IMG/VR virus record: IMGVR_UViG_3300025910_000007 | Location: 20,484 to 84,483 of that record | Reading direction: 5' to 3' (one strand) | DNA: 64,000 nt | Origin: a virus | Shown: positions 1 through 8,501 of the stretch, piece after piece | Layout: each line of letters starts with the position of its first letter | Position numbering within the stretch: the stretch's first letter is position 1 | Notes under the pieces: generated by a model | The model's input: only the letters and a program-made list of their open reading frames with translations | Databases searched by the model: none | Told to the model about the DNA's origin: nothing | Program-made: the position numbers and the translations under genes

Positions 1-618
1 CAGTTCAGTACCAGACAGTTCGATGCCCTTGTCGGCATGTTCCTTCAGCACCTTCTCGGCGATGACATCGTCGTCCCCGTTCAGGGACGTTTCGCTTACG
101 GTCAGCTTCTTGAAGGATTCGCCCAACTTGTAACACAGTGTCTTGAGTCGAGCATTCCACGGCCGTTTCTGACCGCGTTCCCACGGCTGAAGTTTGGGGT
201 CCAGCAATCCAGCAAAACGCCAGATCGCACCCGCAGTCTGAGCACGGGCAACGTCGATATGGGCCAGCAGCCCCGCGGCGATCACCGCGTCTACCCCGGC
301 GATGCTCATGGCCCAACGGCCCAATGGGCGGGCCTGCGCGAATTCCCGCAGCACCCGGGCTGATTCTCTTTCCAGTCGCTCCAGCCGCTGCTTCATCTCC
401 GTAATGAGGACCGGATCGGCAAGGATATCGGTACTGCGTTCATGTGCCGACTCCTTGTTGCGGGCGCCGACACGCAGTTTCTGGATGCCGTAGTACATGC
501 CTACGGCTGCGGCCATCTGTTCGCGGTCGAACGTGTGAGCTTCAGCCAGCTGGTCCTTGGTGTACCGCGCCGTTTCCGGCTCCATCAGCAGCGGGGCGGT
601 TCCGTTCGTCGTCTTCAT
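1..618 (-). CDS. Tas-like (TasA-type) Nop-domain / IS110-related RNA-binding protein, 3' end outside the window
   Basis: Not in the ORF track because it runs off the edge. Hand translation from ATG 618 (SD CAGGAG upstream) is open for 206 codons: MKTTNG...MYYGIQKLRVGARN...GRWAMSIAGVDAVIAAGLLAHIDVARAQTAGAIWRFAGLLDP...GQKRPWNARLKTLCYKLGESFKK. This resembles the IS110 Transposase_20/Nop-fold segment; no N-terminal RuvC/DEDD domain is visible. It lies directly downstream of a 36-nt dual-repeat array. Confidence 0.85.
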   Translation of the reverse strand, partial: MKTTNGTAPLLMEPETARYTKDQLAEAHTFDREQMAAAVGMYYGIQKLRVGARNKESAHERSTDILADPVLITEMKQRLERLERESARVLREFAQARPLGRWAMSIAGVDAVIAAGLLAHIDVARAQTAGAIWRFAGLLDPKLQPWERGQKRPWNARLKTLCYKLGESFKKLTVSETSLNGDDDVIAEKVLKEHADKGIELSGTEL

Positions 619-643
619 GGGTTTCTCCTGTTTGCAAAAGGGA

Positions 644-897
644 CGTTCACAGATAGCAGTTCTGTCAGCAGCAGCTCATTCAATCGTTGCAGTTCTATCT
701 TTCGTCTCAGCTCATTCAGGGGATACAGTTCTGTCTGTCAGTGCAATTCATTCTGTTCGTGCAGTTCTGTCTGAGGGTCCAGTTCATTCTCTCGGGGCAG
801 TTCTGTCATACTCCGCAGTTCGTTCCGCCATTTCAGTTCTATCTGTCTGCTTAGCTCATTCTCTCGGAGCGGTTCTATCGGAGGGGTCAGTTACTTC
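644..897 (-). ncRNA. TIGR-like array: 7 units of 36 nt with two alternating 10-nt repeats separated by 8-nt variable spacers
   Basis: The minus strand parses as GAA(T/C)GA(A/G)CTG-N8-GA(C/T)AGAACTG-N8. Spacer pairs: acccctcc/ctccgaga, agcagaca/aaatggcg, cggagtat/ccccgaga, gaccctca/cacgaaca, cactgaca/tatcccct, agacgaaa/caacgatt, ctgct/ctatctgt (one spacer in the last unit is 3 nt short). The array is intergenic on the coding strand. Confidence 0.85.
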
Positions 898-1382
898 ATC
901 GCTTCCTTCATCAGTCCGGCCAGTTGCGCCTCAGTCCAGGCATCTGCAACCATCTGCCCGTCCTGCATTCCCGCTGCCACTGCTTCGAGGAACGCAGCCT
1001 GCCGGGCGTTACCAATCTCACGTTGGCGGTATCCTACAGCCGATTTCATCACCTGCGTTCGAGTAGCGACGGATAGCCGCGTCCCATCAGGCAACGGCCA
1101 GTTGTAGAACTTGCCGCATGCCACTACTATCGAATCACGAAACCGGCGACTGTAGGTTCGCGGCGACCCGCAATCACGGGCAATCACGCAGCGGGCTTCC
1201 CGCTGGACTTCTCGCAAGGCTTCTTTGGCGGCCATTTCTACCGCCGCACGTACCGTCATGGCATTGGCCAGAATCACGACCACCATTTCTTCGACGGCCA
1301 TTGGGGTATAACCGTACTGCTCATAAGCAGCCGTAGCGGCGTCCCGAATTGACACAGCAGTATCTGCCTGTCCGCTCTCCAT
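891..1382 (-). CDS. hypothetical phage protein
   Basis: 163-aa ORF in the operon; its stop overlaps the first array repeat. Confidence 0.6.
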   Translation of the reverse strand: MESGQADTAVSIRDAATAAYEQYGYTPMAVEEMVVVILANAMTVRAAVEMAAKEALREVQREARCVIARDCGSPRTYSRRFRDSIVVACGKFYNWPLPDGTRLSVATRTQVMKSAVGYRQREIGNARQAAFLEAVAAGMQDGQMVADAWTEAQLAGLMKEAMK

Positions 1383-1383
1383 G

Positions 1384-1854
1384 TCATCGCTCCTTCGTCA
1401 ACGCTACGTCCATGTTGTCCTTCAATTCTTCCATCTCCAGCCGCTTCAGTGTATCGCGCATGCCCTTGATCTGGTCGCGGCGTCGTTGCCGTTTCAGGTT
1501 CAGCAGATGGGCATTCAGTTCGTGCAACGACTTCGGCGGCTGCGGACGATGAAGGTCTCCAGCGGAACGCGGCATCTCATTGTGGCAATCCACGTTCCGC
1601 CGTTCTACTTCATAGCCCAACGCCTGTAGGACGCGGTAAGCGCACGAATAGCGATCTCCGTAGCCGTCGTGAATCAAGACGTCGCCAAGGTAGATCGCGT
1701 CACCGTGATAGCTGATGATGGTGATTTTGGGCTTTGGCTCATTCGCAGTTTCCAGTGCGGCGACCAGAGCGTTGCGCACGTCTGCATCGGTCCAGTGGCT
1801 GTATGGAGGCAGCTTGTTCGCAGCAGCGCAGACCATTGCTTCGGTGACTTGCAT
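1384..1854 (-). CDS. hypothetical phage protein
   Basis: Probable start MQVTEAM at 1854, which overlaps the upstream TAA and has a GGAGG SD. Confidence 0.6.
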   Translation of the reverse strand: MQVTEAMVCAAANKLPPYSHWTDADVRNALVAALETANEPKPKITIISYHGDAIYLGDVLIHDGYGDRYSCAYRVLQALGYEVERRNVDCHNEMPRSAGDLHRPQPPKSLHELNAHLLNLKRQRRRDQIKGMRDTLKRLEMEELKDNMDVALTKER

Positions 1855-2222
1855 TATTTGGCCTCCTTCGTCAGTACCAACGGTCCCGGATCGGCTTCCG
1901 ATTTGAACGTATCGAACAACCAGCGGCGGGCTTCTGGTGGGAATTTCTCTACCATCTTCAGCGGGTCTTTCAACCGCAGCGCTTCCCGCACCGCGTAATG
2001 CCGCAGCAGTTCCTTGGCGATGGCCATAGCACGTATCTGCGTTTTGCAACGGCACAAGCTGTAGCCGACGGACGCTGCGGTGATTTTGTAGCCGGGGACG
2101 TCGTTTATCGGCCTGTGAATGGCCAGCAGCCCATCCGGGGACACCATCGCTTCCCAATCCATGAACGTGAATTTGTCATCTGTCATCAGACGGATGACGC
2201 GAAGTTTCCAGGCTTTACTCAT
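1854..2222 (-). CDS. hypothetical phage protein
   Basis: 122-aa ORF coupled to the RecA-like gene. Confidence 0.6.
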   Translation of the reverse strand: MSKAWKLRVIRLMTDDKFTFMDWEAMVSPDGLLAIHRPINDVPGYKITAASVGYSLCRCKTQIRAMAIAKELLRHYAVREALRLKDPLKMVEKFPPEARRWLFDTFKSEADPGPLVLTKEAK

Positions 2223-3294
2223 AACGGGGCTTCCTGTTCACTTCGCATGCTGCTTCGATCTCCGACCAGACTTGACTGACCAGCAGGCGCAGTTCCTTGA
2301 CCTTGTCTTGCTCTTCGATCTGTTCGATTAGCTTCTCCTTTGGTCCCTCGAAATTGAATTCCGGGGCAATGACCGTTTTCGCCTTGCTGGTATCTTTGTC
2401 GTCATCGCCGCCATCTTTGCCCTTGGCGGGCTTCCAGCGTTTCTCTTCCATCATGAAATCGACGCAGCTGCCTACGTCGTCCATGCCCAACCCCGGATAG
2501 AACGGCACGCGAATGCGATGATGGCGGCCGTTCTCGCGGTTCTTCTTGACGTGCATCACGAGGTAAGAGCCGATTTCCCGTTCCTTGCCCAGCACTTTGC
2601 TTTTGATGGCACCACCCAGACTGAACCAGATTTCTGATGTGGCATAGTACGTCAACGCCTGTCCGCCAGAACGTGTCTTGGGGTTGAACGGATTGCCGAT
2701 GTTGACGCGGGACTGTTTGACGACGATCAGGATGCTGCCAGGTTTGGTTTCGTCCAGACCGTTGTGGGCGCCACGCATCTCTGACGAATTCATCATTGCC
2801 TTGTCGGTGCCGTATTCCTTCCCCTTGCTGCCCGCCTCCGTCTTCAGTGCGTCCTCACTGTCCAGAACATACATGAAGGGGCGGCCTTCCTTGACCGCGG
2901 TAGTGACGTTGTCGTAGAACTGGTTGAGCGTGCGTGATGCTCCCTTCTTCGTTGGTGGTTCCAGCCGATCCGCCAACCTGCCACCAAAGAATTTGCGCAC
3001 GTCCATCAAGGCACCGCGTTCAGTTGGGTCATAGATCAGGCGGTAGTTGTCATAGTGCGAATTGATGGATGCTTCCGCCAGCATCTGCAAAGCGGCCATC
3101 GTCTTGCCGGCCTGACTGTCCCCTACCAGCATGTAGTACATCGATGGGAACAACCCAACGCCCGGACGACTGGTCAAACCGAGATTGAGCAGCGTCAAGC
3201 CAGTAGACAGCCCCATCTTGAAATCGGGACGGCCTGCCGGAGGTTTGTCTGCGAGCAGTTTCTTCTTCATGCGTTCGACAGTCTTGCTGGCCAT
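2215..3294 (-). CDS. recA: RecA/UvsX-like recombinase
   Basis: Walker A GDSQAGKT, Walker B YVLDS, RecA loop motif KTRSGGQALTYYA, VKKNR; start MASKT at 3294. Confidence 0.85.
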   Translation of the reverse strand: MASKTVERMKKKLLADKPPAGRPDFKMGLSTGLTLLNLGLTSRPGVGLFPSMYYMLVGDSQAGKTMAALQMLAEASINSHYDNYRLIYDPTERGALMDVRKFFGGRLADRLEPPTKKGASRTLNQFYDNVTTAVKEGRPFMYVLDSEDALKTEAGSKGKEYGTDKAMMNSSEMRGAHNGLDETKPGSILIVVKQSRVNIGNPFNPKTRSGGQALTYYATSEIWFSLGGAIKSKVLGKEREIGSYLVMHVKKNRENGRHHRIRVPFYPGLGMDDVGSCVDFMMEEKRWKPAKGKDGGDDDKDTSKAKTVIAPEFNFEGPKEKLIEQIEEQDKVKELRLLVSQVWSEIEAACEVNRKPRYE

Positions 3295-3313
3295 GTTGAA
3301 AGTTCCTTGAAGA

Positions 3314-3380
3314 CGAGACGTCCGGAGTTGCACCGGGTCCGTTGCCGGACGGGTCTATGGCTAGCCGTCCACACGTCTCG
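3314..3380 (-). ncRNA. tRNA-like element (acceptor stem and T arm, no D arm)
   Basis: GAGACGT/ACGTCTC stem, CCGG-TGCAACT-CCGG T-like arm, one internal GGACGG/CCGTCC hairpin. Confidence 0.4.
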
Positions 3381-3494
3381 ATGATTAGGAAGTGCCGAGC
3401 TACCACTCGTGCTATTTAGGCCGTTCAAAGCCAGTCACGATTGACCAGTCCAACTGACACCGCTCCAAGTGGTCATTGCCCAGCACTTCCTAGA

Positions 3495-3564
3495 TGGGGC
3501 GGTTGGATTTGCACCAACGAATTACCCGGCTATGGGCCAGAGCTTCCTATCCGCTTACACCCCA
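3495..3564 (-). tRNA. degenerate tRNA with CAT anticodon (Met/Ile2-like)
   Basis: TGGGGTG/CGCCCCA acceptor, anticodon loop CCCATAG, T arm GTTGG-TGCAAAT-CCAAC; the T loop and position 33 are non-canonical. Confidence 0.45.
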
Positions 3565-3634
3565 AACATGGGGATGGTCGGCACCCCGTGTACTCGGTCT
3601 ATGCCTTTGTCCGGTAGCTGACCATCCCCAAGAT

Positions 3635-3709
3635 ATCGGGCAGGGAGTCGAACCCTGCTCTTCCAGTTTGGTTCTGAGGACAAACTGGCGTGCGCCGTAC
3701 ACCACCGAT
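3635..3709 (-). ncRNA. tRNA-like element with an extended anticodon stem
   Basis: T arm GCAGGG-TTCGACT-CCCTGC, D-like hairpin, 8-bp CCAGTTTG/CAAACTGG stem with a 10-nt loop TCCTCAGAAC. Confidence 0.5.
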
Positions 3710-3759
3710 TCATGCGGCGTCCTTGCCTGTCCTCCCTATCCATACGCCTCTGTTCCAGC

Positions 3760-3857
3760 AGGATTGTCTGGAATCGAACCAGATCGGCTGTGGGGAGTTT
3801 CCATCCCCTCCGGGTTACGTTCCTCAGCCTGCAATACCCCGTGATTGCTCCAATCCT
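3760..3857 (-). ncRNA. tRNA-like element with an enlarged central domain
   Basis: AGGATTG/CAATCCT acceptor, TCTGG-TTCGATT-CCAGA T arm, GGCTG/CAGCC stem enclosing extra hairpin sequence. Confidence 0.5.
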
Positions 3858-3942
3858 CCAGCCGTTCTTTTTCCACCCTGCGAACGGCAACAGGCAGGAA
3901 GGAACGTCCGCTGATACGCACCGAACGCCCCTTGTGGCTCAG

Positions 3943-5124
3943 TTAGTCCTCGTCATCTTCCGGGTCTTCGTCATCCCCATCGTCTTCATCTTCCTCCGGC
4001 TCTTCGTCGTCCTCGTCATCCGATTCATCATCTTCCTTGACGGCCGACGCCTTGCGCTTCGGGGCCGGTGCATCGTCCTTGTCATCATCATCGTCTTCCG
4101 GCGTATCTTCCTCTTCTTGAATGCGGGTGACGTCGCTCGGCTTGATCTTGGCGTAGGCCGTCCCCTCTTCATCTTCCAGCGCCAGCAGCCCCTTGGATGA
4201 AACGGCGGTGATCTCGCATTCCTTTTTCTTGTACATCACCATCCCGCCGATGACGAAATCCTCCGCCGGTTCAGTAGTATCCTTGTCATCGTCGGCGTCC
4301 TTGTGCGCCTTGGTAGGGGCCGCGTCTTCATCATCCCCATTGTCCGACGCACGAGACCGGCGCGGGGCCTCATCGTCGTCATGATCTTCAGCGTCAACGC
4401 TGCCGGCGTTCAGCAACATCGTCAGCTTCTTGGGATCGGGGCGAATCAGCATGGCTTCCAGCGACGACGTCCGCTCCAGCATGTCATCGGGGTATTCGTA
4501 CTCACGCGGCTGGAAATCGATGCGGCCGACCTGCCGGTATTTCTTGTTGGTGATCGCCACCCGCAGCGTCTGGCCCGTTTTCAGGTCGAAGAAGTCCTTG
4601 TCCCCGCGCAGAGCGTCGATGGCTACCTTGAGTTGCTGGCCGAAGCCAAAGCCGCGATTGAAGTAGGCGGCGCTCAGCACCTTGAGCGGGTTCTTCAACT
4701 TGCCCGGCTTGTCGTTGACCCAGAACAGATTGCGCCGCTGCGGCTGCAACGGATCGGATTCCCCCTTGGGCACCCGCGGCAGTTCGTTACGCATCTTGCA
4801 GACAGGGCAGGGGGCGTCGTACACCTCACGCAGACAGCAGCACTTGTAGCCGAAGCCGCCGTCCGCTTCGGGCACCGAATGCTGTGCGTAGGTCAATTCC
4901 CAGTGCTGGAACCCTGCGTCAGCGCTGGGATTGCGTACCGCATCGCCCACGATGTAGGGCATGATGTCGAACGACAGCACGTCTTCGGTCAGGTCGAACC
5001 ACTCAACGCCTTCTGGCAGCTTGACCGCTGTCGGTCCACGAGTCTCGGACTGCTTCTTCGACCACTCGGCCGCGGACGTCTTCCGTGCCTGTTCCTTCGC
5101 CTTTTCCCTCTGACTCTTCGCCAT
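3943..5124 (-). CDS. single-stranded DNA-binding protein (gp32-like, Zn ligands, very acidic tail)
   Basis: H...C...CPVC metal motif, long D/E-rich C-terminus, located next to the recombinase. Confidence 0.7.
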   Translation of the reverse strand: MAKSQREKAKEQARKTSAAEWSKKQSETRGPTAVKLPEGVEWFDLTEDVLSFDIMPYIVGDAVRNPSADAGFQHWELTYAQHSVPEADGGFGYKCCCLREVYDAPCPVCKMRNELPRVPKGESDPLQPQRRNLFWVNDKPGKLKNPLKVLSAAYFNRGFGFGQQLKVAIDALRGDKDFFDLKTGQTLRVAITNKKYRQVGRIDFQPREYEYPDDMLERTSSLEAMLIRPDPKKLTMLLNAGSVDAEDHDDDEAPRRSRASDNGDDEDAAPTKAHKDADDDKDTTEPAEDFVIGGMVMYKKKECEITAVSSKGLLALEDEEGTAYAKIKPSDVTRIQEEEDTPEDDDDDKDDAPAPKRKASAVKEDDESDDEDDEEPEEDEDDGDDEDPEDDED

Positions 5125-5263
5125 TAGTCATTCTCCTTCGTGTGTCGGATCGTTCTTCAATTCGTTGGCTCGCAACCATCCCAGGCGGGCCAGTTTTACG
5201 CAGACATACAGGCCGAACGGTAGTCCGGCCATCGTCATCGCCCCGAAGCAGTACCAGCCGAAT

Positions 5264-5773
5264 TCACTCATCGGTGTTTCGCTCCCGCCGATGCTTGCTT
5301 TGGAACGCAGTCACGGCTTCATTACGGCGGTGTTCATCCATGTGTTCGCGGGCTGCGTCCGTTGATACCCGCGGCTTGGCCCAGTAGCCGCTCAAAAAGA
5401 GGTCAACCTCCTTGGAAATCGCGGTCTTCCTATGTTCCAGTGTACTTACCGCAGCCTGCGCCATATCGACGGCGTGCTTGGCAGTGATTTCCTTGGACAG
5501 TGCCTTGCGGTAACGTGGGTCCAACAAGACCGCTTCCTCGACTGCTTCTTTGGGTTGTGCTTTCACCAGCCCAAAAGCCTCGGGGTTCTTGCGTACTTCC
5601 TGCGCGACTTCGGCGGCGACTACTTCTCGTTGCGCCTTGGCCCGTTCATGATCCTGGCGGACATCAGCCAGGATCGTTGCGTACTGGTGATAGAGGCGAA
5701 CGTGGTTTTCCAGTTCAACCTCTAGCCGGAAACGGTCGAATACGAAGAAATCGGGCTCTTTGTCGGTTTTCAT
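5264..5773 (-). CDS. putative recombination mediator (UvsY-like coiled-coil protein)
   Basis: All-helical ~170 aa between the SSB and clamp loader; the call rests on context and overall pattern. Confidence 0.4.
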   Translation of the reverse strand: MKTDKEPDFFVFDRFRLEVELENHVRLYHQYATILADVRQDHERAKAQREVVAAEVAQEVRKNPEAFGLVKAQPKEAVEEAVLLDPRYRKALSKEITAKHAVDMAQAAVSTLEHRKTAISKEVDLFLSGYWAKPRVSTDAAREHMDEHRRNEAVTAFQSKHRRERNTDE

Positions 5774-5955
5774 TTCAATGTATCTCCGGATTGAACGCGG
5801 CGAACCTTGACGGAACTGCGGTCGAACCGATGAACCTTTTCCGTTTGGTCTTTGCTGCCGGCCCAAACGGACACAGCTTCTTCGATGTACTGTTCCATCT
5901 CGGCGATTGTCGCACCGTCAGGAACATCAATGGTCACGAGAAACAACCGAATCAT
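5770..5955 (-). CDS. hypothetical protein
   Basis: 61-aa ORF with ATGA coupling. Confidence 0.5.
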   Translation of the reverse strand: MIRLFLVTIDVPDGATIAEMEQYIEEAVSVWAGSKDQTEKVHRFDRSSVKVRRVQSGDTLK

Positions 5956-6544
5956 CCTGCACCTCAGTTGCCCACACCCTTAAGTATCCCGCTTCTTCCC
6001 CGCGTTCTTCCAGCCAATCTGCCAGGATCAGCAGTTTGCCCATGTCCAGGGGCAGCAACAGCACTCCGTCCAGCATCTTCTGTGCTGCGGCGAAAATACC
6101 AGTACGGGTGCGGCGTCGTACCAGTTCGCGAATGACTTCTGCGTGCAATGCGGTAAAGATTTCGTCGCGGGGGCTATCATCGTAAGGACGCAGAAACCAG
6201 CGGCAGCCGGCCGGTTCGCCTAGTATCTGATCGCACTCATAACAAACCTTGGCGAAGAATTCCTCAGCTTCCTCAACTGTTGCATCGGACGCATTTGGAT
6301 CAGCTGATGCATCCATCCAGAAACAGAACACTATTGCGTCCGCCGATTCGATAGGCCAATCACGTACTGACTGCACTGGTGGTGGCGAACAGGTTACGCC
6401 CTGTATCAACCGAGCGTCGTCCGATACCAACGCTTCCCGCAATGCTTCCAGCCCCTTTTCGGGCAGCTGATGGACAATGCCTCGTCGCCAGGTATCTCGC
6501 CAGTCTTCCATGCATATCCCCGATTTAGTATCCCAATCAACCAC
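5927..6544 (-). CDS. planctomycete-type conserved protein with a C-terminal TIGR02996-like motif
   Basis: GLEALREAL..DDARLIQGVTCSPPP..VRDWP...EAEEFFAKVCYECDQILGEPAGCRWFL resembles a Gemmataceae/Isosphaeraceae conserved hypothetical family; ends with ILADWLEERGEE. Confidence 0.6.
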   Translation of the reverse strand: MVDWDTKSGICMEDWRDTWRRGIVHQLPEKGLEALREALVSDDARLIQGVTCSPPPVQSVRDWPIESADAIVFCFWMDASADPNASDATVEEAEEFFAKVCYECDQILGEPAGCRWFLRPYDDSPRDEIFTALHAEVIRELVRRRTRTGIFAAAQKMLDGVLLLPLDMGKLLILADWLEERGEEAGYLRVWATEVQDDSVVSRDH

Positions 6545-7544
6545 CGCGGCCGCGAACCACTTCGAGACACGCCCAGACCAGTCCGTTGAACCCGTTGCGG
6601 CCAGCGTTGTACATGGGATCGCGGAACGTCTCCAGTATCAACCCCGCTGTGCCCGCAGATTTGACGTCCTTTGCCTTCATTGCAGTATCCGCTGCGTTGG
6701 CCATCACCAGCCGCCGCACCATCTCGGGGTCTTCGCCGCCTTCCTTGACGTCCTTCAGTATCTTCGCCACCGCGTCCCATCTGCCTTGTTGCCAGAGCAA
6801 TGCTTTGACCAGATCGAACGCCTTTTTCTGTACGCCTTCAGGCGCCAGCGCGGCCAGTCGTTCAGCGTCATCAGTGTATCGCAATGCTTTTTGCAGATCG
6901 TTGAGTGCGGTGCGGGCACTGCCTTCCGCTCGTTGCACGATTTGATCGATCAGCTGTGATTTGACGGGTAGTCCTTCCTTGTCCGCAATCGTTTTGACCA
7001 GCGTCGTCAGGTCCGTAATGCTCAGCGGTTTGAGAGCGATCACTTCGCAACGGGTACGGATAGCCTTGATGACCTTTTCGGGATCGGTGGTAGCCAGGAA
7101 GAAGTAGACGTGAGACGGAGTTTCTTCCAGCATGTTCAACAACGCTTGTTGTGCATGCGAAGTTCTGCTTAGCGACTGCACCTCCTCGAAAAACCAGATG
7201 CGACACTTGCCTGAACGGGGGGAAATGCCGATGCGCGATTTGATCCTGCGCGCTACGTTGATCGGTTCATCCCAAGCGGCGCAATCCTCTTCTGCGTAAT
7301 CAGCCTCAGCACACTGTAGCTTCTTTTGCATGATACGGACCATCGTGGTTTTCCCCGTACCTGATGGTCCAGTCAACATGATGGCATGCGGCACTTTGCG
7401 AGCCTTGACCATGTCAGATAGCTGCCGCACTGCGTCTGGCTGTCCGACGACGTCCGCCCATCGCGCCGGCCGCCATTTGCGGTAGAGCTGACTGGCCTCA
7501 TCCCCATTACGTTCAGTCTGCGGGGCAGTATTCGTTTCAGGCAT
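6537..7544 (-). CDS. dnaX: clamp loader, DNA polymerase III gamma/tau (DnaX)-like AAA+ ATPase
   Basis: LYRKWRP..W.DVVGQ, GPSGTGKTT, EEVQSLS, ALLNMLEETP, ATTDPEK, IRTRC, GSARTALNDL. Confidence 0.9.
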   Translation of the reverse strand: MPETNTAPQTERNGDEASQLYRKWRPARWADVVGQPDAVRQLSDMVKARKVPHAIMLTGPSGTGKTTMVRIMQKKLQCAEADYAEEDCAAWDEPINVARRIKSRIGISPRSGKCRIWFFEEVQSLSRTSHAQQALLNMLEETPSHVYFFLATTDPEKVIKAIRTRCEVIALKPLSITDLTTLVKTIADKEGLPVKSQLIDQIVQRAEGSARTALNDLQKALRYTDDAERLAALAPEGVQKKAFDLVKALLWQQGRWDAVAKILKDVKEGGEDPEMVRRLVMANAADTAMKAKDVKSAGTAGLILETFRDPMYNAGRNGFNGLVWACLEVVRGRGG

Positions 7545-8501
7545 CGTTGTCTCCAGTGGACTGTCGGTAGAGGCGTGCTGCATGTTCCACGTTCGCTACG
7601 GCCTGTCGATAGTACGACTTCTTCAGTTCTGCCCCAATGCCCTTTCTGCCATTCTTGACCGCCACGTAGATTTCGCTTCCCACTCCCATGAATGGAGAAA
7701 ACACCACATCATCGGGGGCAGACCACAAAGCCATGCAACGTTCGATCACATCCAATTGCAAGGGGCATATGTGACGGGCATCATCCTTGTCCTTGGCCTG
7801 CCGATAGGGCAGCACTCGCGTCTGGTCGATATCAAACCAGACCGGCGACGCATATTGCTGCCAGATCCAATGCGCCCGTTTGTTCTTGCGTGGGTCCGTA
7901 TGCATCTTCAACTGCTTCGGTACGGACCGCTCCCCGTAATAGACCGTCAGGCCGTTCTCGTTGTTGATCGGTTTGGCGTTTTCGCCGGGCTTGCGGAACG
8001 CCAGCAAATAGTCGGGTATGCCCGTCCGCACTATCGCGGAATCCTTGACCAGTTGTTGATGAGCCAGCCCAACCGCATGAGTGCGAACCGCCGCTATCAG
8101 CGGGTCTTTCCAAATGCAATGGCGGGAATGGAAGACAAATCCGTGCTCCTGAAACAGCCGGATGATGTCACCGCTAAAATCTTTCAGGCCGATTTCTTCG
8201 CCATTGCGTTTGTACGTTGGCAAGTCCATGCAATGTACCGCCACGATGCGGCCCGATGCCAGCGCCCGAAACAGTTCGGCAGCCAGATAGCCAAACTGCG
8301 TCAGGAATTCCTTGTAGGATCGGCAATTGCTCAGGTCGCGGGGGTCATCGCTGTATGAGTACAAGTCGAAAAAAACGGCGGCGAAAAGATGGAAAATCCT
8401 ACTGATTCCGCCGGCACTCCTTTCAGAATATCCATGCAGTCGCCACAATATAGGGCGTACTGAGGAGTGATTGTTTGTTTGTAGACATTGGCTATTGACA
8501 T
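7537..8501 (-). CDS. DNA N4-C/N6-A methyltransferase, frameshifted at a T7 tract just after the SPPF motif
   Basis: ATG 8501 with SD gives MSIANVY...YCGDCMDILKGVPAESVGFSIFSPPF, then the frame breaks at 8369-8375. The other frame continues DLYSYSDDPRDLSN...HICPLQLDVIERC...VFSPFMGVGSE (SAM-binding motif). Confidence 0.85.

Noticed and set aside
1-618. Active IS110 insertion sequence
   Set aside because: There is no N-terminal DEDD RuvC domain, and it sits in a phage operon behind a periodic array, which fits a Tas-like protein better.
644-897. CRISPR array
   Set aside because: Repeats (10 nt) and spacers (8 nt) are far too short, two repeats alternate, and no cas genes are present.
557-1066. 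169-aa plus-strand ORF with AVLS/HS repeats
   Set aside because: It is the antisense reading of the 18/36-nt array, opposite to all neighbouring genes; the periodicity reflects nucleotide repeats.
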